From contig CBFIGX010000003.1 of assembly GCA_965662265.1 (NCBI GenBank), positions 83,511 through 147,510 on the forward strand: a stretch of 64,000 bases of DNA. The letters are read 5' to 3'. Shown piece by piece: positions 17,283 through 26,709 of the stretch (position 1 is the first letter of the stretch; each line of letters opens with the position of its first letter). The notes below the pieces were generated by a model. The model made no database searches, was not told the DNA's origin, and saw only the letters and a list, made by a program, of their open reading frames with translations. The DNA comes from Flavobacteriales bacterium. GTDB taxonomy: Bacteria; Bacteroidota; Bacteroidia; Flavobacteriales; UBA7430. The translations under genes and the position numbers were made by a program.

Positions 17283-20200
17283 ATGAAACACATATACTTT
17301 TTATCAATAGCTATCTTTTTTAGTGTAAGCTGTATAGCTCAAAATTCATCACTTCAATTAATAAGCAGTAATAGCAACGGTTGCGATCTTTCATTTGTGT
17401 CAGGGAAAACAAGCTATTCTATATTAGATAATGAACACGGAAGTTTTACAGTACTTCATTGTAATGGTTTAAGTAAGTCATACGATGTGTCAAATCCAGA
17501 TCTGCCGGTATTCACAAAATTGATTGAGGTTCCAAATGAAGGTTCTATTAATGTAATTTATAACTCAAAAATATCTGATACCACAGATTTGGCTCTGGAA
17601 GGATTTCATTATGAAATATCTCCTTCTCAACCATCACTATTCAAAAATCAATCACAATATAAGGAGCCATTTGCTTATAATTCGTTGGTGTATTCTAGCA
17701 ATGAGTTTTATAGCCAAGACTTAGTAAGCATTGAAGTATTGGGTAAAATGAGAGGTAAAACTATAGCTAGAATTACCATTGCTCCATTCGCATATAATCC
17801 GATCACAAATCATTTAATTCAAACTACCCAATTTGATTTTAATATTGAGTTTGAACGCACTATTGAAGATGTTTCATCTGGTTATCATTCATACGAGCAC
17901 ACCAATTATTTTTCAAAATTGATCAACACTAACAATCAAGAGAAAAATGATTTCGTACAGCACCCAATAAAAATGGTTATTCTTTCAGATCCGATGTTTG
18001 AGGATCAATTACAAGATTTTATTAGCTGGAAAAAACGAAAAGGTTTTGAAATTGTAGAGGTTTACAAAGGAAACGAGGGTGTAGGGAGTTCATTTCAAGA
18101 TATGAAAGCCTACTTAAGGTCTATATATGAAAGCACTACTGATGATTCTCCAGCACCTACATATTTGCTAATTGTAGGAGATCATGAGCAAATCCCTTCT
18201 GCAGAACTAAATGGTCATGTTTCTGATATGTTATATGCCGAGTATGATGGTAATGGCGATTATTTCCCAGAACTATTTGTAGGAAGATTTTCTGCTTCTT
18301 CATCTAGTGAGCTAGCTTCTCAGCTTACAAAAACCATGGAATATGAGAAGTATGAAATGCCTGATCCAAGTTACTTAGGTGAAGCCCTAATGGTTGCAGG
18401 TGTAGATAACTTTTATGCTTCATCTCATGGAAATGGTCAAATAAATTATGGCGTAGAGTATTATTTTAATGAAGATCACGATATAGAAACGTATACATAC
18501 TTGTATCCAGAATCAGACTCGCCAGCTTCTGAAGCACAAATAATATCACATATTAATGACGGAGTTGGATTTGCAAATTATACAGCTCATTGTGGACCTA
18601 CAGGATGGTCGGAACCAAGTTTTGATGTGAATGATGTGCAGTCTCTTAATAATGAGGGTGAATATGGTTTGTTTATAGGAAATTGTTGTCAGTCTAATGC
18701 ATTTAATGGAATCACGTGCCTTGGTGAGTCATTGTTAAGAGGTGAAAAGAAAGGTGCTGTAGGATATATTGGCGGATCTAACAATACCTTGTGGGACGAA
18801 GATTATTACTGGAGTGTAGGTCATGGTCCAGTATCTGCGAATCCTACTTATAACGAAACAAGCCAGGCTGCTTACGATTGCAGTTTTCACGAAAATGGGG
18901 AAGCTGAAGAGTATTGGACAATTACTCAAGGTCAAATTCTTCAAGCAGGAAATTGGGCTGTAACAGAGTCGTCGAGTAATAATATAGAATACTATTGGGA
19001 AATATACCACTTAATGGGTGATCCATCTGTTTTAACTTATTATGGTGTACCTTCTGAATTGTCTATCAACCATCCAGAGAGTCTCATCATTGGTTCAAGC
19101 TCAATTCAAATAAACGCTGAGCCCTATACTTATGTAGCATTAAATCAGAATAATATTTTGTTGGATGCTTCTTATACTGATGCTAATGGAAATGTAACCT
19201 TAAATTTTGAGCCTCTGACATCTATCGATGCTGTTGAGTTAGTTGCCTCAAAACAAAATAGACAGGTTTATATAAACCAGCTACTAATTTTAGGAGCAGA
19301 TGCTCCATATGTTACAGCTACCGATTTAGTTTTAGATGGTGTCTTTGAACAAGGTGAAACGGTTAATCTAGAATTAAATCTAGAGAACTACGGTGCTGTT
19401 AGTGCTCAAGATTTAACGATTTCGTTAAATACCCTAGGCGATTCAGCTGTTATTATTCAAAATAACATTATGTATATAGATTCTATCTCCGGGTCGAGCA
19501 CATTACAAACTGAAGGTCTTACAACGATTGATTTAGTAGGACCATTTGAGGATCAAGAATCGGTTACTTTATCTGTTGTCATAACCGATGCTGATGGAGA
19601 AGAGTGGGTTTCCAATCTTAGTTTTTCCGTTAATGCTCCAAACCTAGAGTTTGTATCTCATTCTATTGATGATGCTAATTCTTCTGGCATTGTCGAATTT
19701 GGAGAGAGTGCAGTTCTTAATTTGAATATTGAAAATCTAGGTACGGTTAATTCATCGATTGGTAATGTTAGCTTCAGTTCTGACTTTGAGTACGTATCAT
19801 TTACAGAAGATCAGATTCAGTTCAACTCAATCAATACAAATGATGTAGAACAAGTAAATATACCATTTACATTAAATGAAGATGCCCCAAATGGCGTAAC
19901 ATATACTATAGATATTATAGCAACAACTGAAAATGGATTAGAAGCTAACTATTCGGTTGAACTTCAAACCTCTTATTGTGCTATCGGGAGTATGGAAATT
20001 CAGTTAATAATAAACACTGATACCTATGCTTACGAAACCTATTGGTCTCTTTTTGATTCAGATGGTCAAGAATTAGAGAATACATCCGAAAATACTCTTT
20101 CTGCTAATGAAACATACGTTGACATATTCTGTTATGATGAATATCAATATTATACATTTGAAATAGGCGATAGCTATGGAGATGGAATTAATGGTGAGGG

Positions 20201-20627
20201 GTATTCAATTGTAATTTGCGGGGAAACAGTTGCCACTGGGGGCGATTTCGATTATGGCGAAACAATAAGTTTCATTTCGTCTTGCGATCAGTCATTATCA
20301 GTAGGTTGTACTAATCCAGATGCAGAGAATTATGATGAGAATGCTTTAGTAGATGATGGTTCATGTATTGTGCTTTCCATAGAAGAGTTAAAAAGTAAAT
20401 TAATCGTTTATCCAAATCCGGTTGAATCTTATTTAGTAGTTGATTTTGCCGATGATATTTTGTCTGAAATACAGCTTCATACAGTTACGGGTCAACATAT
20501 GTTATCTTATTATCCAAAAGGTACAAGTAGTCAGTTAGATCTTGTTGATATTACATCAGGCTTATATATGTTGCATTGTAAAACAGAATCAGGATTCACA
20601 ATTACAAAACCTCTAGTTATTAAATAA
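17283..20627 (+). CDS. peptidase C25 (gingipain-like) family protein, T9SS cargo
   Basis: The ORF 17193..20627 is trimmed to the ATG at 17283, downstream of the terminator. It has a signal peptide (MKHIYFLSIAIFFSVSCIAQ) and a gingipain-type His/Cys context (ANYTAHCGPTGW ... LFIGNCCQSNAF). It also has Ig/CARDB-like repeats and a C-terminal Por/T9SS sorting domain (LIVYPNPVESYLVVDF...GLYMLHCKT...). Confidence 0.8.
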   Translation: MKHIYFLSIAIFFSVSCIAQNSSLQLISSNSNGCDLSFVSGKTSYSILDNEHGSFTVLHCNGLSKSYDVSNPDLPVFTKLIEVPNEGSINVIYNSKISDTTDLALEGFHYEISPSQPSLFKNQSQYKEPFAYNSLVYSSNEFYSQDLVSIEVLGKMRGKTIARITIAPFAYNPITNHLIQTTQFDFNIEFERTIEDVSSGYHSYEHTNYFSKLINTNNQEKNDFVQHPIKMVILSDPMFEDQLQDFISWKKRKGFEIVEVYKGNEGVGSSFQDMKAYLRSIYESTTDDSPAPTYLLIVGDHEQIPSAELNGHVSDMLYAEYDGNGDYFPELFVGRFSASSSSELASQLTKTMEYEKYEMPDPSYLGEALMVAGVDNFYASSHGNGQINYGVEYYFNEDHDIETYTYLYPESDSPASEAQIISHINDGVGFANYTAHCGPTGWSEPSFDVNDVQSLNNEGEYGLFIGNCCQSNAFNGITCLGESLLRGEKKGAVGYIGGSNNTLWDEDYYWSVGHGPVSANPTYNETSQAAYDCSFHENGEAEEYWTITQGQILQAGNWAVTESSSNNIEYYWEIYHLMGDPSVLTYYGVPSELSINHPESLIIGSSSIQINAEPYTYVALNQNNILLDASYTDANGNVTLNFEPLTSIDAVELVASKQNRQVYINQLLILGADAPYVTATDLVLDGVFEQGETVNLELNLENYGAVSAQDLTISLNTLGDSAVIIQNNIMYIDSISGSSTLQTEGLTTIDLVGPFEDQESVTLSVVITDADGEEWVSNLSFSVNAPNLEFVSHSIDDANSSGIVEFGESAVLNLNIENLGTVNSSIGNVSFSSDFEYVSFTEDQIQFNSINTNDVEQVNIPFTLNEDAPNGVTYTIDIIATTENGLEANYSVELQTSYCAIGSMEIQLIINTDTYAYETYWSLFDSDGQELENTSENTLSANETYVDIFCYDEYQYYTFEIGDSYGDGINGEGYSIVICGETVATGGDFDYGETISFISSCDQSLSVGCTNPDAENYDENALVDDGSCIVLSIEELKSKLIVYPNPVESYLVVDFADDILSEIQLHTVTGQHMLSYYPKGTSSQLDLVDITSGLYMLHCKTESGFTITKPLVIK

Positions 20628-20634
20628 TTGTTTT

Positions 20635-20659
20635 AAAGGCTGCATAGTGCAGCCTTTTT
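20635..20659 (+). terminator. rho-independent terminator after the C25 peptidase gene
   Basis: AAAGGCTGCA-TAG-TGCAGCC is followed by TTTTT. Confidence 0.7.
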
Positions 20660-20720
20660 ACTTTACAATTAATTAACATATCATTAATAAGCCATTAACG
20701 CGATATTCAAAGAATGACAA

Positions 20721-20728
20721 TAGATTTG
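20721..20728 (+). promoter_or_regulatory. '-7' box TAGATTTG for the porin gene
   Basis: TAGATTTG lies 25 nt upstream of the ATG at 20754. Confidence 0.4.
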
Positions 20729-20753
20729 CTGTATATAAATCAAAAAAAACAAA

Positions 20754-21722
20754 ATGAAGAAAATTTTAACAATTGTATTTGCGATCGCTGGGTTTAGTGT
20801 AGCATTGGCTCAAGGAACTGGTAAAGTTCATGGTAAAATATTTTCTAACTTTAATTATGATTCTGCACAAGAGCAAGCATCTTTTGACATTACTCGTGCC
20901 TATTTCGGTTACGGGCACACATTTAACGACAAGTTGAGTGCTAAAGTAACTTTTGATGTAGGAGGTACAGACTCAACATCTTTTGCAAGTACAGCTTATT
21001 TAAAAGTAGCTGCGTTAAAATGGAAAGCTACCGACAAGTTAACTATTAACTTTGGTCAAGTAGGTCTCAAGCAATTCAAAATACAGGAAAAAAATTGGGG
21101 ATATCGTTATATTGCTATGTCTTCTCAAGACGAGTATAAAATGGGTGCTTCTGCAGACCTTGGTTTTACTGCAGATTACCAACTTATGGATATGTTGTCT
21201 GTAGATTTAGCTGTTGTTAATGGTGAGGGTTTCAAAAAAAAGCAAGAAGATGCACATATGAAGACTGGTTTTGGTTTAACAATAACGCCTAATGAGCGTT
21301 TAACTGTTCGTGCTTACATGGATGCCATGTCTGCTGCTGATGTGGAAGTAGATTCTGTTATGACAGAGGTTCCATCTCAAACCACTACAGCTTTATTTGT
21401 AGGTTATAAAGCTGACAAGTTCCGTTTAGGTGTAGAGTACAACATGCAAGCTGCACATGACAACGAAGAAAATATGGATTATGAAATTACTTCTGTATAC
21501 GGTACATACAACTTAACAGATAACATGGGTGTATTTGCACGTTACGATATGGTTTCTTCTGATGAAGATGGTTACACAGAAGAAAACGGTGACTTTATGA
21601 TTGCTGGTCTTGAGTACAGACCTGCTAAAGGGGTTTATTTATCTGCCAACTTTAGAAACAATATAGCAGAAGATGCAGATGCAGAGAACCAAGTGTACAT
21701 GAATTTACAGTTTAAGTTCTAG
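20754..21722 (+). CDS. outer-membrane beta-barrel porin (family not assigned)
   Basis: 322 aa. It has the signal peptide MKKILTIVFAIAGFSVALAQ, an alternating hydrophobic strand pattern, and a C-terminus ...YMNLQFKF with the terminal Phe typical of OM barrels. Confidence 0.65.
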   Translation: MKKILTIVFAIAGFSVALAQGTGKVHGKIFSNFNYDSAQEQASFDITRAYFGYGHTFNDKLSAKVTFDVGGTDSTSFASTAYLKVAALKWKATDKLTINFGQVGLKQFKIQEKNWGYRYIAMSSQDEYKMGASADLGFTADYQLMDMLSVDLAVVNGEGFKKKQEDAHMKTGFGLTITPNERLTVRAYMDAMSAADVEVDSVMTEVPSQTTTALFVGYKADKFRLGVEYNMQAAHDNEENMDYEITSVYGTYNLTDNMGVFARYDMVSSDEDGYTEENGDFMIAGLEYRPAKGVYLSANFRNNIAEDADAENQVYMNLQFKF

Positions 21723-21741
21723 ATTACTTAACACCTAGTAT

Positions 21742-21778
21742 AAAAAATGGCTTTGAAATTATTCAAAGCCATTTTTTT
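21742..21778. terminator. bidirectional terminator between the porin (+) and hemF (-)
   Basis: The sequence is AAAAAATGGCTTTGAA-ATTA-TTCAAAGCCATTTTTTT, a perfect 12-bp stem flanked by A- and T-tracts. Confidence 0.75.
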
Positions 21779-21787
21779 AACATTACA

Positions 21788-22696
21788 TTAAATCCAATCT
21801 TTAGGATTCTTAAGTACGTTAATTAGTTTTTCTTCCTCACTTCCTTCTTTTACTTGGAAGTTATAATCCCATCGAACTTTGGCAGGGAGGCTCATAAGTA
21901 TAGACTCTGTTCGGCCTTTGGTTTTAATTCCGAAGTGGGTACCTCTGTCGTGCAATAAATTAAACTCTACATAGCGCCCTCTTCTTATTTCTTGCCAGTA
22001 TTTTTCTTTTTCGGTATAACTATCTTTCTTGTGAAAGTCTACAATAGGAGTGTACGCTTCGATAAAGCAGTTTCCTGCTGCCTTCTGGAAGTCTAGCAGT
22101 TCATCCCAAGATTTGTTTTCGTCAGCCTCTAGGTAGTCGTAAAACAGCCCACCTATACCTCGGGTTTCGTCTCTGTGCGAATTGAAGAAATATTCATCAC
22201 AGGCCTTTTTAAATTGAGGATAGTAGTTTTTGTCGTGCGCATCGCACATTGCCTTCATTACCTGATGGAAGTGTTGTGCATCGCGCTCAACCAGATAATA
22301 GGGCGTAAGGTCTGCGCCTCCACCAAACCATCGTTTTACAATATTCCCTTGTCCATCGTACATTTCAAAATACCGCCAGTTGGCGTGTACCGTGGGTACT
22401 TTAGGGCTTAGTGGATGTATCACAAGCGAGAGTCCACATGCGTAAAACTGGGCTTCTTGTACTCCAAACTTTTGTTTGAATAGCTCTGGCAACTCTCCGT
22501 GTACTACCGAAGTGTTTACGCCTCCTTTTTCGAATACTTTGCCTTGTCGAATCACGCGTGTTTTTCCACCACCTCCGCCCGGCCTTTCCCATTCATCTTC
22601 TGTAAATTTTGCACCGCCATCTACTGCTTCAATGGCTGAGCAAATGCGATTTTGCAAGTCGAAAATATGATGAGTGAACTGGTCTTTGACAGTCAT
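21788..22696 (-). CDS. hemF: oxygen-dependent coproporphyrinogen III oxidase
   Basis: 302 aa. It has the HemF motifs ERPGGGGG, WFGGGADLTPYY, RGIGGLFYD and RRGRYVEFNLLHDRGT. Confidence 0.92.
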   Translation of the reverse strand: MTVKDQFTHHIFDLQNRICSAIEAVDGGAKFTEDEWERPGGGGGKTRVIRQGKVFEKGGVNTSVVHGELPELFKQKFGVQEAQFYACGLSLVIHPLSPKVPTVHANWRYFEMYDGQGNIVKRWFGGGADLTPYYLVERDAQHFHQVMKAMCDAHDKNYYPQFKKACDEYFFNSHRDETRGIGGLFYDYLEADENKSWDELLDFQKAAGNCFIEAYTPIVDFHKKDSYTEKEKYWQEIRRGRYVEFNLLHDRGTHFGIKTKGRTESILMSLPAKVRWDYNFQVKEGSEEEKLINVLKNPKDWI

Positions 22697-23725
22697 TTAG
22701 CTGTAGTTTTTTACCGCATTAATAAATGCTTGAGCGTGTGCTACAGGTACGTCTGGCAAAATGCCATGTCCCAAATTAACAATGTATTTATCTTTACCAA
22801 AACGGTCAATCATCTCTTTGGTCCATTGCTCAATTTTTGGAATGGGTGCATACAGGCGAGAGGGATCAAAGTTACCTTGAATAGTAACATCTGTCCCGAG
22901 TACTTTTCGAGCCATTTCAGGAGTTACCGCCCAGTCTATACCTATGGCATTGGCTCCTGTGGCTTTCAGTTCTTCCAGTGCATACCACGATCCTTTTGCA
23001 AATAAAATATTAGGTACTGTACAAGCTGTCATTATTTGCTTTAGATAGGGGTAAGAAAGCTCTATAAAGTCATCTGGGCTTAGAAGTCCTGCCCAGGAGT
23101 CGAATAGCTGGAATGCCTGCGCTCCAGCTTTTATTTGAGCCTTCATATAGGCTATGGTGGTGTCGGTAATTTTTTGAAGTAATATTTTTGCTGCTTCTGG
23201 TTGCTCAAAACAAAAGCGCTTAGCTTCGGAGAAGTCTTTAGATCCTTTCCCTTGAACCATATAGCACAATAGTGTCCATGGTGCACCGGCAAATCCTATC
23301 AACGGTACTTCACCTTTCAGGTCCATACGAGTTTGCTTAATACCATCCATTACATAGCCTAAGGTTTCTTGTACATCGGGTATCTTAATTGCTTCTGCAT
23401 CGGCTAAATTTTTAACTGTTTTAGGAAGTCTGGGTCCTACACCAGGAACCATATCTACATGGTAGCCCATAGCCATAGGCACCACCAAGATGTCTGAAAA
23501 TAAAATGGCGGCATCTGTACCTACTTGCCAAATAGGCATTGTGGTAATTTCCGATACTAGGTGTGGTGTTTCACATCGTTCAAAGAATGTATATTTCTCT
23601 CTAAGCACTCTATAGTCTGGCAGAAAACGCCCTGCTTGGCGCATCATCCACACAGGAGGTCTCTCTACAGGTTCACCTTTAAGGGCTCTTAACAAGAGGT
23701 CGTTTTTTAATTCTGGAAACTCCAT
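22697..23725 (-). CDS. hemE: uroporphyrinogen decarboxylase
   Basis: 342 aa. PPVWMMRQAGRFLPDY and the rest of the length are typical of HemE. It abuts hemF with no gap. Confidence 0.92.
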   Translation of the reverse strand: MEFPELKNDLLLRALKGEPVERPPVWMMRQAGRFLPDYRVLREKYTFFERCETPHLVSEITTMPIWQVGTDAAILFSDILVVPMAMGYHVDMVPGVGPRLPKTVKNLADAEAIKIPDVQETLGYVMDGIKQTRMDLKGEVPLIGFAGAPWTLLCYMVQGKGSKDFSEAKRFCFEQPEAAKILLQKITDTTIAYMKAQIKAGAQAFQLFDSWAGLLSPDDFIELSYPYLKQIMTACTVPNILFAKGSWYALEELKATGANAIGIDWAVTPEMARKVLGTDVTIQGNFDPSRLYAPIPKIEQWTKEMIDRFGKDKYIVNLGHGILPDVPVAHAQAFINAVKNYS

Positions 23726-23728
23726 GGG

Positions 23729-24391
23729 TTAGTTGTTTACTGTTGTGTATTGTTTTAGCATGGCTTCAAAGGAAGCTTCGGGAGCAATATAATAGTCGTT
23801 TATGCCTTTAGATACTAAGCTTTTTGCGGTAGTATTACCTATGCAATAATAGTTAAATGTTTGCTCAAAAGTGTTTTTTTGGGCGTAAGATTCTACGGCC
23901 GACGGACTTAAAAAGAATAGACTATCGCCTTTTTTTACATCTATAAGTTTTGGACTCAGTTGTGTGGTATAGACTTGGTGTTCTATTAGTTTTATATGCT
24001 CTGCTTTTAATTTGTTTGGCAGTTCATTTCTTCGAAGGTTTCCACAAAAGAATACCGCCGATCTAACTCCATCAGCAATCATTTTAGTGGCCAAACTTGC
24101 TGCATCTTCGTCTTGTCCTTGCAGGGCTTTGTACGATTTTTTTAACAAGGCTTTGGCAGTTTGCTTTCCCGAAGCGTAAATACTGCCAGAAAAGGTGTAG
24201 TGAGGTAAGTGTTTTACTGCATTTTTACTGGTAAATACTAAAGCATCTACCTGTTCAATGGTTTTCGGAAAAGGAAGGTAAGATATCGTTGTTAGGGCTA
24301 CGTCTTGAATAAAATAGCCATGCGCCATAGCCAGGTCGTGTTGTTGTCTGGTTAGCGATGTGGTTACGTATATTTGCCCTTGGTCTTTCAT
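23729..24391 (-). CDS. hemD: uroporphyrinogen-III synthase
   Basis: 220 aa. The call rests on its size, its position between hemC and hemE, and the weak HemD-like pattern (FTSKNAV ... FFLSPSAV). Confidence 0.7.
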   Translation of the reverse strand: MKDQGQIYVTTSLTRQQHDLAMAHGYFIQDVALTTISYLPFPKTIEQVDALVFTSKNAVKHLPHYTFSGSIYASGKQTAKALLKKSYKALQGQDEDAASLATKMIADGVRSAVFFCGNLRRNELPNKLKAEHIKLIEHQVYTTQLSPKLIDVKKGDSLFFLSPSAVESYAQKNTFEQTFNYYCIGNTTAKSLVSKGINDYYIAPEASFEAMLKQYTTVNN

Positions 24392-24393
24392 AC

Positions 24394-25314
24394 TTAGTGC
24401 AAACGTTTTTCTTTGGGTAGTTGGTCTATAATTTTTTTCGCGCCTCTTTCAAGGGCATAATGGGCCGCGTCTACTCCTAGGTGGTGTGCCAGAGTTGGAT
24501 CTTTTTCTAGCACCACTTCAATTTTTACTTCTGCCTCAGGATCCATGACTACAGTTTTTAATTTTAGGATGTTGTCTTCAATTTTTGCATAAGCACCTAT
24601 TGGAGCAGAGCAACCTCCGTTTAGTGTATTTAAAAAGTCGCGTTCTATGCTGGTACAAAGGGCAGTTTCTTTATGATGAATGCCTTTGCACAGTGCTGCG
24701 GTATGCTGGTCTTCTTCTCGGCACACCACGGCTACCGCTCCTTGCCCTGGTGCCGGAATCATCCAGTCTAATACGGTAGCAATTTCGTAATCTAATGCCA
24801 AGCGCTCCAGACCTGCCGCGGCAAAAATAGCACCATCCCAATCGCTAGATCTTAATTTTTTGATTCTTGTTTGTACATTTCCTCTGATGTCGCAGGTACG
24901 ATGTTTTTGGTACTTGTCTAACCACTGAGACTTACGCCTATTGGAGCTAGTGGCAATGCAAGCGACATAGTCCTGTTGTTCTAGAAACTGAGCATTGTTT
25001 CTAACCACTAAAACATCAAACGGGTTGGCTCTTTCCATAACTGCGCAAATTACAATACCTTGGGGCAAATCAGTAGGAATGTCTTTTAGCGAATGCACGG
25101 CAATGTCAATCTTAGCGGCTAAGAGCGCATCGTCTAATGCTTTGGTAAAAACGCCTTTTCCACCCATAAGTGGTAGTGGAGTGTCGAGTACTTTGTCGCC
25201 TTCAGATTCTATGAGTACTAGCTCAGATAAGTGCCCCAAAGACTTTAGTTCTTCCTGAACTTTATTGGCCTGCCATAGCGCTAGCTTACTTTTTCTTGTA
25301 CCTATTCGAATCAT
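24394..25314 (-). CDS. hemC: hydroxymethylbilane synthase (porphobilinogen deaminase)
   Basis: 306 aa. It has IRIGTRKSKLALWQA, VHSLKDIP, RGNVQTRI and the GGCSAPIG cofactor-cysteine motif. Confidence 0.92.
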   Translation of the reverse strand: MIRIGTRKSKLALWQANKVQEELKSLGHLSELVLIESEGDKVLDTPLPLMGGKGVFTKALDDALLAAKIDIAVHSLKDIPTDLPQGIVICAVMERANPFDVLVVRNNAQFLEQQDYVACIATSSNRRKSQWLDKYQKHRTCDIRGNVQTRIKKLRSSDWDGAIFAAAGLERLALDYEIATVLDWMIPAPGQGAVAVVCREEDQHTAALCKGIHHKETALCTSIERDFLNTLNGGCSAPIGAYAKIEDNILKLKTVVMDPEAEVKIEVVLEKDPTLAHHLGVDAAHYALERGAKKIIDQLPKEKRLH

Positions 25315-26579
25315 GAATCTAGTTTAAACATTTCTTTTACCAACTTCACCATGTCGTCTGCATTTCGATGTTTGGATTTGATGTATTCGGTGGCTTGATT
25401 AACAATTTTGTTTACCACACTAGTGGATAATTTATCAGCCTTTTCTAGCTCTTCTTGGCTCAATCTATTTTTCTGTTGCTCCAACTCTTTAATCCGGTAG
25501 CTGTGTAGCTTTTCTCTTAATGCTTGTATGGTAGGAGCAAGACTTCGCAGTTGCACCCATTCATAAAATTCATTCTTGTGGAGGTTTATGATGGTTCTAG
25601 CTTTGGGGATATTTTTCTTACGCTCGGCAAGGGTTTCATCTTGAATACTATGGAGCTGATCCATGTCTATCAGATCTATATGCGATAACTCTGCTACGCC
25701 TGGGTCAATATTTCTCGGAACAGATAGGTCTAGAAGTAGAATATCGTTACTTATTTTGTGAAGGTGTTCTTTTTTTACTGTAGGATGCTTAGCTCCGGTA
25801 GCGACAATGAGGAGGTCTGTGTTGCTAAGCTCTGTCTCTAAGTTTTTTAAGTGCGCAACTCTCAAACCAAGAGGTTTGGCAATGGCATCTGCTTTAGATT
25901 TGGTTCGATTGATAAGCAGCACCTCTCTATGAGGGTGTTTGAGTAAGTTTTTTACCGTTGTTTCTCCTATTTCCCCCGTGCCATAAAGGATGATTTTTTT
26001 CTTGGACAGGCTTTTTATGCGTTGCTTGATAAAAAGCACAGCCGCATGGGCAACCGATGCTGGCCCTTCGTTGATATCAGTGTCTGTACGCACATCTTTA
26101 TATGCTTGCAGTACAAATTGCATTAAACGGTGTGTGTAGCCATCGAGCATATTTTTTTTATGGGCTTGTTTTACCGCTTCTTTTACTTGACTCACAATTT
26201 GCAAGTCGCCCAAAATCATTGAATCTAAGCCACAGCATAGTTCAAAAAGTTGATGGACCGCTTTGTCTTCTGTATGTAAAAAATGATATTCCTCAAACTC
26301 ATCTCGGCTGGCATTGCTATGCTTTTGGTAGAGTTCTACGAGTGGGTCTATTTTGCTACTGTGCGCAAAAAATTGAGCTCTGTTACAGGTAGTTACTACA
26401 AACAAGCTTTCTACGCCTAGTTTTTTGGCCTCATTTAAAATGTGCACAGTACTTTCTTCACTAAAATCAAATTTCCCCCGGATATCGATGGGGGTTTTCC
26501 AGTGAGAAATTCCTAAGCTGATAAATTTTTGTTTGCCTTTGCTCAAATTCAATAGGAATTGATTTATGCAAAAATACAA
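25311..26579 (-). CDS. hemA: glutamyl-tRNA reductase
   Basis: 422-aa ORF. It has SLGISHWKTP, the catalytic TCNR (VVTTCNRAQFF) and the NADPH loop YGTGEIG. It overlaps hemC by 4 nt. The true start is probably the TTG at 26552 or 26546, because a -7 box lies inside the 5' end of the ORF. Confidence 0.88.
   Translation of the reverse strand: MYFCINQFLLNLSKGKQKFISLGISHWKTPIDIRGKFDFSEESTVHILNEAKKLGVESLFVVTTCNRAQFFAHSSKIDPLVELYQKHSNASRDEFEEYHFLHTEDKAVHQLFELCCGLDSMILGDLQIVSQVKEAVKQAHKKNMLDGYTHRLMQFVLQAYKDVRTDTDINEGPASVAHAAVLFIKQRIKSLSKKKIILYGTGEIGETTVKNLLKHPHREVLLINRTKSKADAIAKPLGLRVAHLKNLETELSNTDLLIVATGAKHPTVKKEHLHKISNDILLLDLSVPRNIDPGVAELSHIDLIDMDQLHSIQDETLAERKKNIPKARTIINLHKNEFYEWVQLRSLAPTIQALREKLHSYRIKELEQQKNRLSQEELEKADKLSTSVVNKIVNQATEYIKSKHRNADDMVKLVKEMFKLDS
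26569..26576 (-). promoter_or_regulatory. '-7' box TATTTTTG for the hem operon
   Basis: The minus strand reads TATTTTTG, immediately after the ORF-track TTG (26579) and 17 nt before the in-frame TTG at 26552. Confidence 0.35.
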
Positions 26580-26674
26580 GGGTTTTATAAATTAATAAAG
26601 GATTTGTAGAAGACTTTTGTCATCTTTATTCTTCCAAATAATAGCAATTTAAGTTGGCCTTAATTTTGATTTGA

Positions 26675-26682
26675 TACATTTG
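26675..26682 (+). promoter_or_regulatory. '-7' box TACATTTG for the 271-aa OMP gene
   Basis: TACATTTG lies 28 nt upstream of the ATG at 26710. Confidence 0.4.
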
Positions 26683-26709
26683 CAGCGCAATCGTTTAAAA
26701 GTTTTTTTT

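Noticed and set aside
22401-23005. ORFs of 63-117 aa lie antisense or out of frame within hemF and hemE (22401..22592, 22476..22670, 22652..23005). Similar ORFs occur at 2235..2618, 5001..5324, 24585..24779, 24995..25258, 26102..26392, 30883..31179, 31315..31593, 45145..45426, 46158..46367 and 61129..61455.
   Set aside because: All are fully embedded in strongly conserved genes on the other strand or frame. They have low-complexity or Pro/Ser/Arg-skewed composition and no recognisable motifs, which is typical of shadow ORFs.
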